Virus record (IMG/VR): IMGVR_UViG_3300027227_000004
DNA length: 64,000 bases
Direction: 5' to 3' (one strand)
Origin: an uncultured virus (IMG/VR IMGVR_UViG_3300027227_000004)
Taxonomy: Duplodnaviria > Heunggongvirae > Uroviricota > Caudoviricetes
This document shows, piece by piece, positions 20,601 to 29,500 of this stretch. Numbering within the stretch: the stretch's first letter is position 1; each line of letters begins with the position of its first letter. Under the pieces are notes generated by a model, which worked only from the letters and a program-made list of their open reading frames with translations, had not been told where the DNA came from and searched no databases. Position numbers and translations under genes: made by a program.

Positions 20601-21047
20601 GTTGTAGGCATAGGTGGCTCAAACGGTGCAAATGGCGCAACTGGCGCAACTGGCGCAAGAGGTCCGGGATTGTGGAGATACGATACCGGAGCCTCAAATC
20701 TATCAGAAGTTGACACAACAGCCGAAGTGGACGTATACTGGTACGCAATGCAAAATCCAGACATCCCTCCTGTAAAGGATGATAGATTTATTATTGCTAC
20801 AACACACTCTAGTGGTACAAAAGCATTCATTTATAGTGGAACAGGGTGGGTATCTCAGGCTGCATTTATTGACGGTAATCTTTTAGTAAATGGGACTGTC
20901 ACTACTAATGCTATTTATGTAGGGCCATCAGAAGGTCTTAGTAATTTAACTAGTAATGCAGGAACAATCACTGCAGGTGTGTTAAGAAACAATAATAATA
21001 CGTTTGTTATTGATTTGACAAATGGTACTATTAAAATCTCAGTATAA
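17679..21047 (+). CDS. Central tail fibre/host-specificity protein (lambda J-like)
   Basis: LPVIYG, LLDYL...YGRGL, YNQVTVRF, LETGD, FN3-like LTW...YSFAVRAI; internal duplication near C-terminus. Confidence 0.85.
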   Translation: MSATVITIGTLFSFTTGQLLFTIGSIAYQQSQAKKMKSRMRAAEESRKGFEFTRKSEAMNLPVIYGYNKVGGLVTDLKVQSSYTWVAPNGYSAAQYLPSPTTYDYNSSTYFVESKVTAADVSDTDNPKNISSHTVRVIWAGVELYNKTYTNSVAGLFLSTEYKNIENELSNISAGGDRYYRGSRKDKIVSGLTITYKYEIRKVLSPSAIVFGSDRGYQGSKNEVLLTQNAISFGGINALVDLDIDETTASNDKFKDSFVLNFYKNGGVADPMATANGFSSSNLFTSTAYATCAFVLNRDDPQYSGNLPSLSFYVEGQRIYDIIESNGVYSLSAEKTFSNNFARVLLDYLINGIYGRGLSINEIDLESFYRAKVISDTVVDTKPFGGKVYGGSKPTTVKLYEFNDIIDTEQEVRDNVNRILQCAHQAFLVWSDGRYKLNVEYPTGNPSVANGLVNTNHVFTDADIVRDSANVTWPKAEDKYNQVTVRFSNAIKNFKSDSITWPETFSQVYNVYLGEDNDQPLKTEVSIPGIIDPYHAQSRAEELVRTSRNTHRLSIKLTRKAITLETGDFFLLKSEVIPIKNLANTDGYEIYRVQSVEYDGELNVKIEAQSFNYLNLAWNIGDFVAYPASTLVNDVIKPPTSVLFTNTNNGILGVQSGKLTWTKSSSVEVDQYLVEVSADNNATWTTLGQTYAYQFDITGLSTGVYSFAVRAITPLGRKSPRAIAEDAQGNSSITIQRGTPDKVAVIYANSADELTNNQSYSIGSNAYVAYYVYKTEALPTLPIRAGISFARFVGLAGSNGYNTAIVTIYQKNTSSSTPPADPTGTFTYTFSSVSLTGGTLNGWTTSSPSLAQGEYLWVKQATAYSQSNTDSIAATEFSSAVVLGVAGKDGFNGLNSVPIFLYIKSTSGTTAPTSFTGTATYTFSTKTLSGLTLNSWTQTAPSLSQGEYLWVRQAIASSSTNTDTISIDEWSAAAVVGIGGSNGANGATGATGARGPGLWRYDTGASNLSEVDTTAEVDVYWYAMQNPDIPPVKDDRFIIATTHSSGTKAFIYSGTGWVSQAAFIDGNLLVNGTVTTNAIYVGPSEGLSNLTSNAGTITAGVLRNNNNTFVIDLTNGTIKISV

Positions 21048-21060
21048 GAAAGATATAAAC

Positions 21061-21588
21061 ATGTATGAGCTATTTGTAGAAAATATTGGTCAACGATTTA
21101 ATGTTGTTAACGGTGAATTTGTTAAACAAGACGATGGGCCTCTTATAGTATCATTGTCTCCTATTCAAAACAGTATTTATATAAATAAGTTCCAAGAAAT
21201 GTGGGTGGTTCGATCAGATCAAATGATTGGAACCGCTTACAATTTCGGTAGAAATGACTGTGCAATTTTATGTGCAAGATATCTTGATAAGCATGTTGGC
21301 TCGAATATTGAAGAAAAATTGTTAGCATTAACCTTTAGAGAATGGGCTAATTACGCTAGAATAGGTGTAGAGAATATTATTAAAGATGTTGGGGGGTATG
21401 AGGTAGATATCTCTGAGTTACAACCTAATGATGTTGTATCTTACCTAATCCCTGATTCAGACGTGACTTCTCACCTAGCAGTTTATTTGGGTAATGAAAA
21501 AATTCTTCATCATGTTCCAAAGAAATACTCAAGCATTGATGATTTTGATGAAACACGAGTAACAAAGGTGTTTAGATATGGCAACTAG
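21061..21588 (+). CDS. NlpC/P60-family protein
   Basis: NDCAIL ... LQPNDV ... SHLAVYLGNEKILHH (Cys-His-His). Confidence 0.85.
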   Translation: MYELFVENIGQRFNVVNGEFVKQDDGPLIVSLSPIQNSIYINKFQEMWVVRSDQMIGTAYNFGRNDCAILCARYLDKHVGSNIEEKLLALTFREWANYARIGVENIIKDVGGYEVDISELQPNDVVSYLIPDSDVTSHLAVYLGNEKILHHVPKKYSSIDDFDETRVTKVFRYGN

Positions 21589-22099
21589 TACTTTTTATGC
21601 AAATGTGAATACTGGGGCTATTATGATATCTAACCCTGCGTCGGATAATACTTTAGCAATAATGCTGGCGTCTCCTAGCAATTATCTAGATCAAATTAGA
21701 TTTCACTCTAATATGAACTTTTTAACAGTCAAAGGCTCTTTGTTTAAAGACTCTTCTTCTTTTGCAGGGTTTTCTAGGGATTCATATTCAGTAAGTAGCG
21801 GTGGCGATTGTTTTAATAGTGGAACTACCTATACAACACTAGGCCCAACAACTAAAGTTCAAAAGGTATCTTTTGGAACCTCGCCTGTTTCTAACCCGAC
21901 CTTTTGTTTACTAGAGTATAACGGAACAGTTTATGCTGACTTTTATGATGGTCTCTCAACAGCAGATGTTACTCGTAGGGTTTTTGCTGCCTATAATTCA
22001 TCATCAAATACGTTAGAATTAGTTGCAATTACAACAGCAGCAGGGGATAGCGCAACAACACAAACACTTACTAACGTTTATATTCATGCGGTGGCTTAA
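21578..22099 (+). CDS. Minor tail protein
   Basis: Coupled, Ser/Thr-rich. Confidence 0.6.
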   Translation: MATSTFYANVNTGAIMISNPASDNTLAIMLASPSNYLDQIRFHSNMNFLTVKGSLFKDSSSFAGFSRDSYSVSSGGDCFNSGTTYTTLGPTTKVQKVSFGTSPVSNPTFCLLEYNGTVYADFYDGLSTADVTRRVFAAYNSSSNTLELVAITTAAGDSATTQTLTNVYIHAVA

Positions 22100-22759
22100 A
22101 TGGTAAATAAGGTCTATATAGATAACACAAAAATTGAAACAAGAGACAACTCAAATAATATAAAGTTTAGTACAGACTACAAGTATTTGAAAACTAACAG
22201 TGCAAGTAATACCTTGGTGTCAGGGTTCGCAACATCAACGCTCCCACATGGCAATAGTACCGACGATGATATTAGTGTTGCTCTTAAGACTGTTGGTACT
22301 GCTAGTACAATATATTGCACCAACTATGGCACGATTAGTGCTCCAAATGCGTGGGAAATTCAATTTTGGTTTGATGGTAGTCTAGAGTTATACCAAAATT
22401 ACCTCATCGTACAACCTTTAGGTCTCCCTTACGTCGTAGACAATTATGCGAATGCTGACTATTGCAAAGTTGATTATAAGTCACCCACAGGTTCTACTTG
22501 GACAGAAATAGGAAGCTATACTTTAAATGCACAGCATCGGGTAATGCTAATTCAACAACAGGTTGTTGCATCACAAACATTCGTTATCGCATCTGTATCT
22601 CATACAGACATGACAAATCATTTAAATACACATGGTACGGGTTACTATAGAATACGTGCTGTGCCGGGCTGGTCTGGTTATCCGAATTGCTTGTGTGTGT
22701 TTCCAATTTACTCTCAAGTTAAAGCTGCAACAACTATCAATGCGGAGATAACTCCATGA
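22100..22759 (+). CDS. Minor tail protein
   Basis: N-terminal ID.TKI...KF.T motif shared with next ORF. Confidence 0.6.
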   Translation: MVNKVYIDNTKIETRDNSNNIKFSTDYKYLKTNSASNTLVSGFATSTLPHGNSTDDDISVALKTVGTASTIYCTNYGTISAPNAWEIQFWFDGSLELYQNYLIVQPLGLPYVVDNYANADYCKVDYKSPTGSTWTEIGSYTLNAQHRVMLIQQQVVASQTFVIASVSHTDMTNHLNTHGTGYYRIRAVPGWSGYPNCLCVFPIYSQVKAATTINAEITP

Positions 22760-23247
22760 GCTTATCGATTGACTCTACTAAGATCTATATACAAAATGTA
22801 GTTGGTACAACTAAGTTTGATAGTACAAATGGATTATTGTATCGTGTTGGGTATTTGTCAAATACCGTAACGTTATCAAATCATTCAGTAGTTGCCCATG
22901 GGATGAATTATGATCCTACAACTGATGTTGCTATAGGTCAATACACCGTAACCGCTTGTAGTGGTAATGTTGGTTCAAGCTTTGTCGGTAATAAGTTTCC
23001 TATAGCAGTACCTTTGCTGCTTCATGTAGAAAGCTACGCAGGTTTAAAAATTTATGGACAGTTAACCACTAGACCAACATACTTATCTTTTGCATTAGGA
23101 AGCCAATATCTTTTTATGAACAATAAGAGAATACATACTCAAACTGATAACAGCGCTAACTTTAATGAAGTGGGTGCAGCGCATGTTGATCCTGCAGTGT
23201 CCGTTTCTTTTACATATGAGTTATCAATTTATAGGAGAACATACTGA
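22756..23247 (+). CDS. Minor tail protein
   Basis: Coupled; N-terminus resembles the 22100 ORF. Confidence 0.6.
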   Translation: MSLSIDSTKIYIQNVVGTTKFDSTNGLLYRVGYLSNTVTLSNHSVVAHGMNYDPTTDVAIGQYTVTACSGNVGSSFVGNKFPIAVPLLLHVESYAGLKIYGQLTTRPTYLSFALGSQYLFMNNKRIHTQTDNSANFNEVGAAHVDPAVSVSFTYELSIYRRTY

Positions 23248-23465
23248 TGGATATGTCAGATAAAACAATTAGAGTAACAGCTATTAGAGTTAATGATGTT
23301 AAACAGACTTCTGATTGTGATGTTTCAGTATTTCAAATACTTTCAGAAAACATCCAACGGAAAATTGGTGAGTTTAGTCTATCTTTAAATTTAAACTACC
23401 AAAATTCTAACGACCCTGATTTGCTAATAAAGCTAACAGAAATTTTAGAAGAAATCCCCGAATGA
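23247..23465 (+). CDS. Hypothetical protein
   Basis: AGGAG RBS, coupled. Confidence 0.6.
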   Translation: MDMSDKTIRVTAIRVNDVKQTSDCDVSVFQILSENIQRKIGEFSLSLNLNYQNSNDPDLLIKLTEILEEIPE

Positions 23466-23523
23466 CTTCAAAGTTCTTTTCTGAAAACGAAGAATTTTCT
23501 TTAACGAAACTAGGAGAGTACAA

Positions 23524-23985
23524 ATGAATAACTTTGGTGAACGTTCCTTAAGAAAACTTGAAGGTGTTCATCCTGATTTGGTAAGGGTTGCTAAAACAGC
23601 TCTTGCCAAATCCTCTGTAGACTTCGGTATTACAGAAGGTGTTAGATCTTTAGAAAAACAGAAGATCTTATACAACACAGGCGCATCTAAAACAATGAAG
23701 TCAAGACATCTTACAGGTCATGCTGTAGATGTTATTGCTTATGTAAATGGCTATACCTACGAGCCTTTTTCTCTCTATGTAAATATTGCAGAGGCCTTTA
23801 GGCTTTCTGCTATCGAACATGATGTAGAAATTTTATGGGGTGCAGCTTGGTTAAAGGCACTTAACTATTATGACTCAGCCGAACTAGCTAAGTCTGCTTA
23901 CGTTAAAGCTCGTTGGGATCAAGGAAAACGCCCCTTTATTGATGGCCCCCATTTCCAACTTACTTGGAAGGATTACCCACAATGA
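23524..23985 (+). CDS. Endolysin, peptidase M15 (L-Ala-D-Glu peptidase-like)
   Basis: EGVRS..KQ, SRHLTGHAVD, DGPHFQ zinc-peptidase motifs. Confidence 0.92.
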   Translation: MNNFGERSLRKLEGVHPDLVRVAKTALAKSSVDFGITEGVRSLEKQKILYNTGASKTMKSRHLTGHAVDVIAYVNGYTYEPFSLYVNIAEAFRLSAIEHDVEILWGAAWLKALNYYDSAELAKSAYVKARWDQGKRPFIDGPHFQLTWKDYPQ

Positions 23986-24278
23986 AGACTTACAAGAGGG
24001 AGCTAGCAATTGCGCTATTTATACCACTATTTTTTACAGTCTGGAAAGGTGATGCTTCAATGGCTGAAGTTCTTGTTTGGCCTACGTTTAGCTTTGCCGC
24101 TCTTGCTTTTGGTCTCGACTGGCATGGTAAGCAGTTGCAGCAAACTCCCTCTGGGGCTTCTCAGCGGAGGAACCAACGTAGCAGCCAATACGCAAATAGG
24201 CAAGACGACGAACCAGAATATCGGGAATACCCAGAATACAGAGCAGAAGATAGTCCGCCCTCAAGCAAGGACCATTAA
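23982..24278 (+). CDS. Putative holin
   Basis: ATGA-coupled to endolysin; two hydrophobic segments plus a charged tail. Confidence 0.6.
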   Translation: MKTYKRELAIALFIPLFFTVWKGDASMAEVLVWPTFSFAALAFGLDWHGKQLQQTPSGASQRRNQRSSQYANRQDDEPEYREYPEYRAEDSPPSSKDH

Positions 24279-24471
24279 TCAATCCTCTGATACTTCTGAG
24301 GTAAAAGCAGATACTGTCGATAGTATTACTGTAAATAATATTCCGCCTTGGTTTATTATATTCTTTATGCTTTGGTCTTTATTTTTATGGGAGTTGCCAA
24401 GGCCAAGTGATATCGGCAGAGGTATAGGTAATTTTTTCCAAAAATACCTGACCTTTAAGAATAAAAGTTAA
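24052..24471 (+). CDS. Putative unimolecular spanin (lipoprotein with C-terminal TM), overlapping the holin
   Basis: Signal LALPLLLLVSTGMVSS-C, polar linker, C-terminal TM WFIIFFMLWSLFLW; start uncertain. Confidence 0.6.
   Translation: MLQWLKFLFGLRLALPLLLLVSTGMVSSCSKLPLGLLSGGTNVAANTQIGKTTNQNIGNTQNTEQKIVRPQARTINQSSDTSEVKADTVDSITVNNIPPWFIIFFMLWSLFLWELPRPSDIGRGIGNFFQKYLTFKNKS
24442..24461 (+). promoter_or_regulatory. Phage RNAP promoter inside the spanin 3' end, +1 G24459
   Basis: AAATACCTGACCTTTAA|GAA. Confidence 0.8.
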
Positions 24472-24582
24472 ATGGAGACAGGCTTAAACTCTCAAGTTTT
24501 CCTGAATGTCTCCCTAGTGAGGGGTGTAGATATTTTGTCTATGACACGGGGTTAGGCTAAAGCCAACCGCTACACCCCTCAT
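24459..24582 (+). ncRNA. Candidate small structured RNA between two phage promoters
   Basis: GGAGACA/TGTCTCC stem 24474-24513; 12-bp stem 24518-24529/24570-24581 closing two inner hairpins. Confidence 0.5.
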
Positions 24583-24595
24583 TTTATTAGAAAAT

Positions 24596-24615
24596 TATTA
24601 CCTGACTTTTAAGAA
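24596..24615 (+). promoter_or_regulatory. Phage RNAP promoter for the head operon, +1 G24613
   Basis: TATTACCTGACTTTTAA|GAAG. Confidence 0.75.
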
Positions 24616-24627
24616 GGAGGAGTCCCC

Positions 24628-24915
24628 GTGGCTAAAAGCAAAGATCCTCGTTTCGAACGAGCCGGAGTCTCTGGTTACAATCAACCAAAGAGGACTCCAA
24701 ATCATCCTACTAAATCTCATATTGTTGTTGCTAAAGAGGGCGACACAATTAAAACAATTCGCTTTGGTGCTCAAGGTGTAAGTGGCTCTCCCAAGAAAGA
24801 GGGTGAATCAGAATCTTATAGAAAGCGTAGAGAGTCTTTTAAAGCAAGACACGCAAGTAATATTGCTAAAGGAAAACTTTCCGCTGCGTATTGGGCCAAT
24901 AAAGTAAAATGGTAA
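24628..24915 (+). CDS. Small basic phage protein
   Basis: GGAGGAG RBS, GTG start; IRFGAQG...SFKARH...SAAYWANKVKW. Confidence 0.8.
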   Translation: MAKSKDPRFERAGVSGYNQPKRTPNHPTKSHIVVAKEGDTIKTIRFGAQGVSGSPKKEGESESYRKRRESFKARHASNIAKGKLSAAYWANKVKW

Positions 24916-24930
24916 AAGAGGACTTCACTC

Positions 24931-26499
24931 ATGTCTCAAATTAAACAACCTATGAAGAATTATAAGAAGAGTGTTGCTGATCCTACTTCAAAGTATCATT
25001 CTCTTGTACCACTATGGAAAAAATCAAGAGCCATCTTGCAAGGGCAAGCTAACGCTAAAGCGCATGATGATGTTCTCTTAAGCAACAATACAAATCTTCT
25101 GATCCCTTTTTCTCCAAGTATGACTGGAGCACAATACGAGTTTTATAAGTCCGAAGCTGAACTTCCGGGTTTAACTTCTCAATATTGTAAAGTTCTTATT
25201 AGTGCGCTGTTGAGAAAAGAATCACAAATGCGGCTACCAAAAGATCTTCCTGACGAGGCTACCAACTGGATTAAGAATGAGTTTACCGCTGAAGGTAAAT
25301 CCATTTTTAACTTTTTAGACAATGCTCTATGGGAAGAGCTTCAGACTTCTAATGCTTGGGTCTATGTTGATCGTCCTTCTGTTTCTGATGAAGAATACGA
25401 CATGATGTCTACCGAGGAACGTGATACAATTAAACCCTATCCTGTTCTTATTCAAGCTGAAAATGTTATCAACATTCAAACAGCTATCCATCCTATTACT
25501 CGTAAGAAAACACTTACACGTTTCATCACTCGTTATCTTTCAGAAAACTTTAAACCAGATAATCCTTGGCATCCAGACTATGTTGATACTGTCGCCGATC
25601 ATTATCTCGATGAGTCAGGATATCTTGTAATCGACATCTATCAGAACAAAGATCCAAACTCTGAAGTTAAAGTTCTTAATGGTGAAGCAAGACAAGAGTA
25701 TCCAGTAGATGTTACAGAAGGTGGATTTGAAAAAGTTAACACTGTAGTCCCAATGTTCTTCGGTGAGAGACTCAATCGTATTCCTGCTTGGCCACTTAAC
25801 GGTCAGTTTGATTATGTTGAACCCGTTCTTATGCCACTTATCGATAGAGAAGTAGCACTTTACAATAAGGTTTCTCGTCGCAATCACCTGCTGTATGGCG
25901 CTGCAACTTATACGCCAGTTGTGCAGTCTGACATGACAGATGAAGAATTTGATACCTTAGTAGGTGCAGGGCTTGGTACATGGCTTCGTGTTCGCAAGGA
26001 TGAATCTATCACTGTTCTTGAAACACCTACAACTGCTCTTGCTGATATGGATAGAGCAATTACTGCTACTGTGGATGAAATGGCTAAGATGGGTATCCGC
26101 ATGTTGTCTCCTGAGATGGCTGCTTCAGGTGTTGCGCTAGAAATTCGTAATGCTTCTCAAACCGCACAGCTTGGTACACTCAATGCTAAAATCTCTGGTA
26201 CTATGCGTTCAATTCTTGCATTCATACTTAATTGGAAGTATAACACAAAGTATACAGCAGATGATATCGAGTTCCAACTATCAAGTGACTTCTCACCCAT
26301 GGTCGGTGGTGAAGGCGCTATGCGGCTCGTTTCCGAGTGGTATCAGAGTGGAATTATTTCTCGTGATACATTTATCAATATTGCAAAGTACAATGATTTC
26401 CTTCCCGCTGATTACGATGATGAAGCGGCAGTAGAACAGATTCAAACAGATCCTCTTGTTAATACTGTTCCAGACAATCAGATTGACTTGCAGCAATAA
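24931..26499 (+). CDS. Portal protein (DUF4055-like)
   Basis: 522 aa, precedes MuF/scaffold/capsid; C-terminal W..G.ISR.TF pattern. Confidence 0.8.
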   Translation: MSQIKQPMKNYKKSVADPTSKYHSLVPLWKKSRAILQGQANAKAHDDVLLSNNTNLLIPFSPSMTGAQYEFYKSEAELPGLTSQYCKVLISALLRKESQMRLPKDLPDEATNWIKNEFTAEGKSIFNFLDNALWEELQTSNAWVYVDRPSVSDEEYDMMSTEERDTIKPYPVLIQAENVINIQTAIHPITRKKTLTRFITRYLSENFKPDNPWHPDYVDTVADHYLDESGYLVIDIYQNKDPNSEVKVLNGEARQEYPVDVTEGGFEKVNTVVPMFFGERLNRIPAWPLNGQFDYVEPVLMPLIDREVALYNKVSRRNHLLYGAATYTPVVQSDMTDEEFDTLVGAGLGTWLRVRKDESITVLETPTTALADMDRAITATVDEMAKMGIRMLSPEMAASGVALEIRNASQTAQLGTLNAKISGTMRSILAFILNWKYNTKYTADDIEFQLSSDFSPMVGGEGAMRLVSEWYQSGIISRDTFINIAKYNDFLPADYDDEAAVEQIQTDPLVNTVPDNQIDLQQ

Positions 26500-26531
26500 A
26501 AGTTCAGGCTCTGCTCTATAGCATCCTACTT

Positions 26532-26557
26532 GTCCTGAGTACGACCTTAAACTGCTC
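26532..26557 (+). promoter_or_regulatory. Compact H-type RNA pseudoknot motif, copy 1
   Basis: GTC-CTGAGTAC-GAC-CTTAAA-CTGCTC. Confidence 0.55.
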
Positions 26558-26586
26558 TCTAACCTAACTACTCAAGGGAGTACTAG

Positions 26587-29500
26587 ATGGATATTAATGA
26601 CAAAATTTACAGTCGTATTGTCGAGCACATGCTTGATGTTCGTTTATACGAAGAGGGCGTTCAGTTACAAAACCGCCGTATTATGACTCGTCACAAGGAA
26701 AACTTGTTTAAATTATTAAATAAAGATATTCGTGCCGATGTTAAAAAAGAAGCAGTAAGGTTTGCTAGAGAATTAGACTCGCACCTTGTTAGCTCTATCA
26801 AAGAATTTTCTACTTCTCAACTTTCATTTCATGCCGATAATTTCTACAAAGATGTAAAAGGCTTTTATAAGGTTGAAAAACCTAAAACAAAGGAACTACT
26901 TGAAGAAATTATTGGCCCTACGATGAAGGGTGAGAGAACACTAACTAAGAATGTCGTTAATATCTCCTCTGGAGAGTTAGTTAGAATTCAGACTAAAGTT
27001 AAAGCTGGTCTTGCTAATGGCAAGCCACCTAAAGAGATTATTGCTGATGTAATGCGGACAACAAAGCTTACTGAGGCACAGGCATCTACTTTGACTAGAA
27101 CAGCAATTACTAGTACACAGAGTGCGGCTTTAAATAGAGTTGTTCTTGCAAACAAGCCCCTGATTAAGGGTTATTTGTTTAGTGCTATTTTAGACAGTCG
27201 TACAAGTCCTATTTGTTCACATCACAACGGTAAAGTCTATGATGTTGATGATAAGCGGTTTGTTCCTCCTTTACATTGGAATTGCCGTAGTACGCTTATT
27301 CCTGTACTAAAATCAAAGACAGAACTAGCAGAAACAGATGCAAAAGAGATAAACAAAAAGGCGCTTGAAAAAGTAAAGCCAGAGTTACTAACAGGGGTTC
27401 CACCTAAGAGAGAATCCTTTGGTGAGTGGTTAAAAAGACAGACTTTTGATGTTCAGAAGAGTGTGCTTGGTGGTGAAGATAAGGCAAACATGTTTAGGGA
27501 AGGCAAGCTGAAATATGATCAGTTTATCACTCAAACAGGCAAAGCACTTTCTATTCAGGCATTAAGGTCTAAGGCTACACAATTAACTGCCGTGTTCAGA
27601 CCTAGACAGAAGCTTAGAGAAAAAGATACTATTATTAAGGTTTCTAAACCAAGTGTGTTAATTAGAAGCCCCGAGCATAAAGATGCTCTTAGACAGATGA
27701 TTCTTATGGACGCAGATGATTATAACAAAACGTTATCACTTTCTGATTATAAAGGCGTCACTCTTGCTGGTAAGCAGGACTCTAGGCGCAGAACAGGTAA
27801 TGTTTTTGATGAAAGAAACTTTTCAGCAGATCCTCTTACAGGTGAAATTAAAAATAACTTGATCTATGACCCAGACTTTAATTTACTACAAGAACGTATT
27901 GACTTTATGAAGGCCTCTAAACTCATCTCTTCGGAAGAAAAAGAGTTTATTGAGAGTGTTATTAGCGGCCTTGATGACAAGATTTCTGTCAATCAACAAA
28001 CAGTTATGGTTGAGAATTTAAGAGTTGTATTTGAGCGGTATGCTAAGGATAAAACTCCTTGGGAGGACTTTCCGGCTGTTGTTAGGGCTGAAAATAGATT
28101 CGCTGTTCAAAACGTGGCTAGATTACTTGATACAAGATCAAGAAAGAAATCTGAGCTTTTTCTAAGCTACATGAACCTTAAAGACGAAGTCCCTAAAGTA
28201 AATATCATGGGTAAATATTACTCGTTTGATGAGCTTCAAGAGAATCTGTTAAAAGATCAAAGATTTATTGATAACTGGAGAGCCAAGGATGGCGCCAAGC
28301 TAGCAAAGAAACTTTATTTCTCAGGAAGAACTCCGCTTAAAGTATACTTTCAAAGCTATGCTAACAAGTTTCCAACTCAAAAAAAGTTCGTTAAGAACAC
28401 TATGATGAAGTACCCGAGAATCAGTAGGGCTATCGTTGATCAACAAATCAAAGAGGCTCGCTCGATTAGTGACTTTGAGAAGGTAAAAAAGCTTAATGAG
28501 TTCCGAAAGGAGCTTGACAAGGCTACTGGAAATAAGATTATAGATAAAGTATACAATTTTATCTTTGAAGAAAAACCACCAACAGAAGCATTTATTACAA
28601 AGCTACTCAGGCTTGCAAGAGAGCAAGAGCGAAGGATTCTTGATCTAGAGTTCTTTTATGCTAAGAGGGCACCAAGTTCTCTTATCATGGATAATAAGTC
28701 CTTAGATACGATTACAAATGCTATTAAATTAGTTGCTTCGGGGCAGTCTACAGACTACGATTCCCTGGCAATCAATATTGGTAAGCTGTTTAACGATAAC
28801 TTTAAAGATCTATTCCCATTTACGTCTCATACCTTAAAAGACCATCACAAGATTGGGTCCGAGGTATTAGACTTTCTTAAACAAAAGGGTGTCATTAAAG
28901 TTCAATTTAGAGGTAAAGCTCGCAGAGGTGTAATTGATCTAGATACAGGTAGACCGTCTGGAGGTTGGGCAGAAACTATTTCAAGAGAAGTCATTGTTGT
29001 TGATAAACAAATTCTAAAGCTTCAAGAAGCAGAAAGAAGAGTTACAATTGCAAGACGTATTGGAACTGTAGAACCCAGAGATCAGCTTTATGTCAGGCCT
29101 AATGAAAAGGTATTCTTTGATGCTCGTGGTAATAAAACAGGTATTCCTATCATCTCAAGAGATAAGTTTCCTGACTATGATAAAGCTCAGATTGACCGTG
29201 ATATCGCTAATATGTTAAATCATGTTAGTAGCGTAGAGTATGGTGTTGATAACGAATTCTTTGACTTTATGGATGACTTACTCAGATTCAGAGACCCAAG
29301 GGGTAACTCTAAGTATTACGATTCTATCAACGAATTTAGACACGAGATTCTTAACCGTGGTGAACAGGGTTACGGCATGATGGCTACAGCAAAATGGCAT
29401 CGTATTCGGGGTAAAAACTTTAAGACTCAAGTCTTTATGGACTCTCGTGGCCGAGTGTATCACCGAGGTTATCTAACACCTACGGGGGGTGAGCTTGTTC

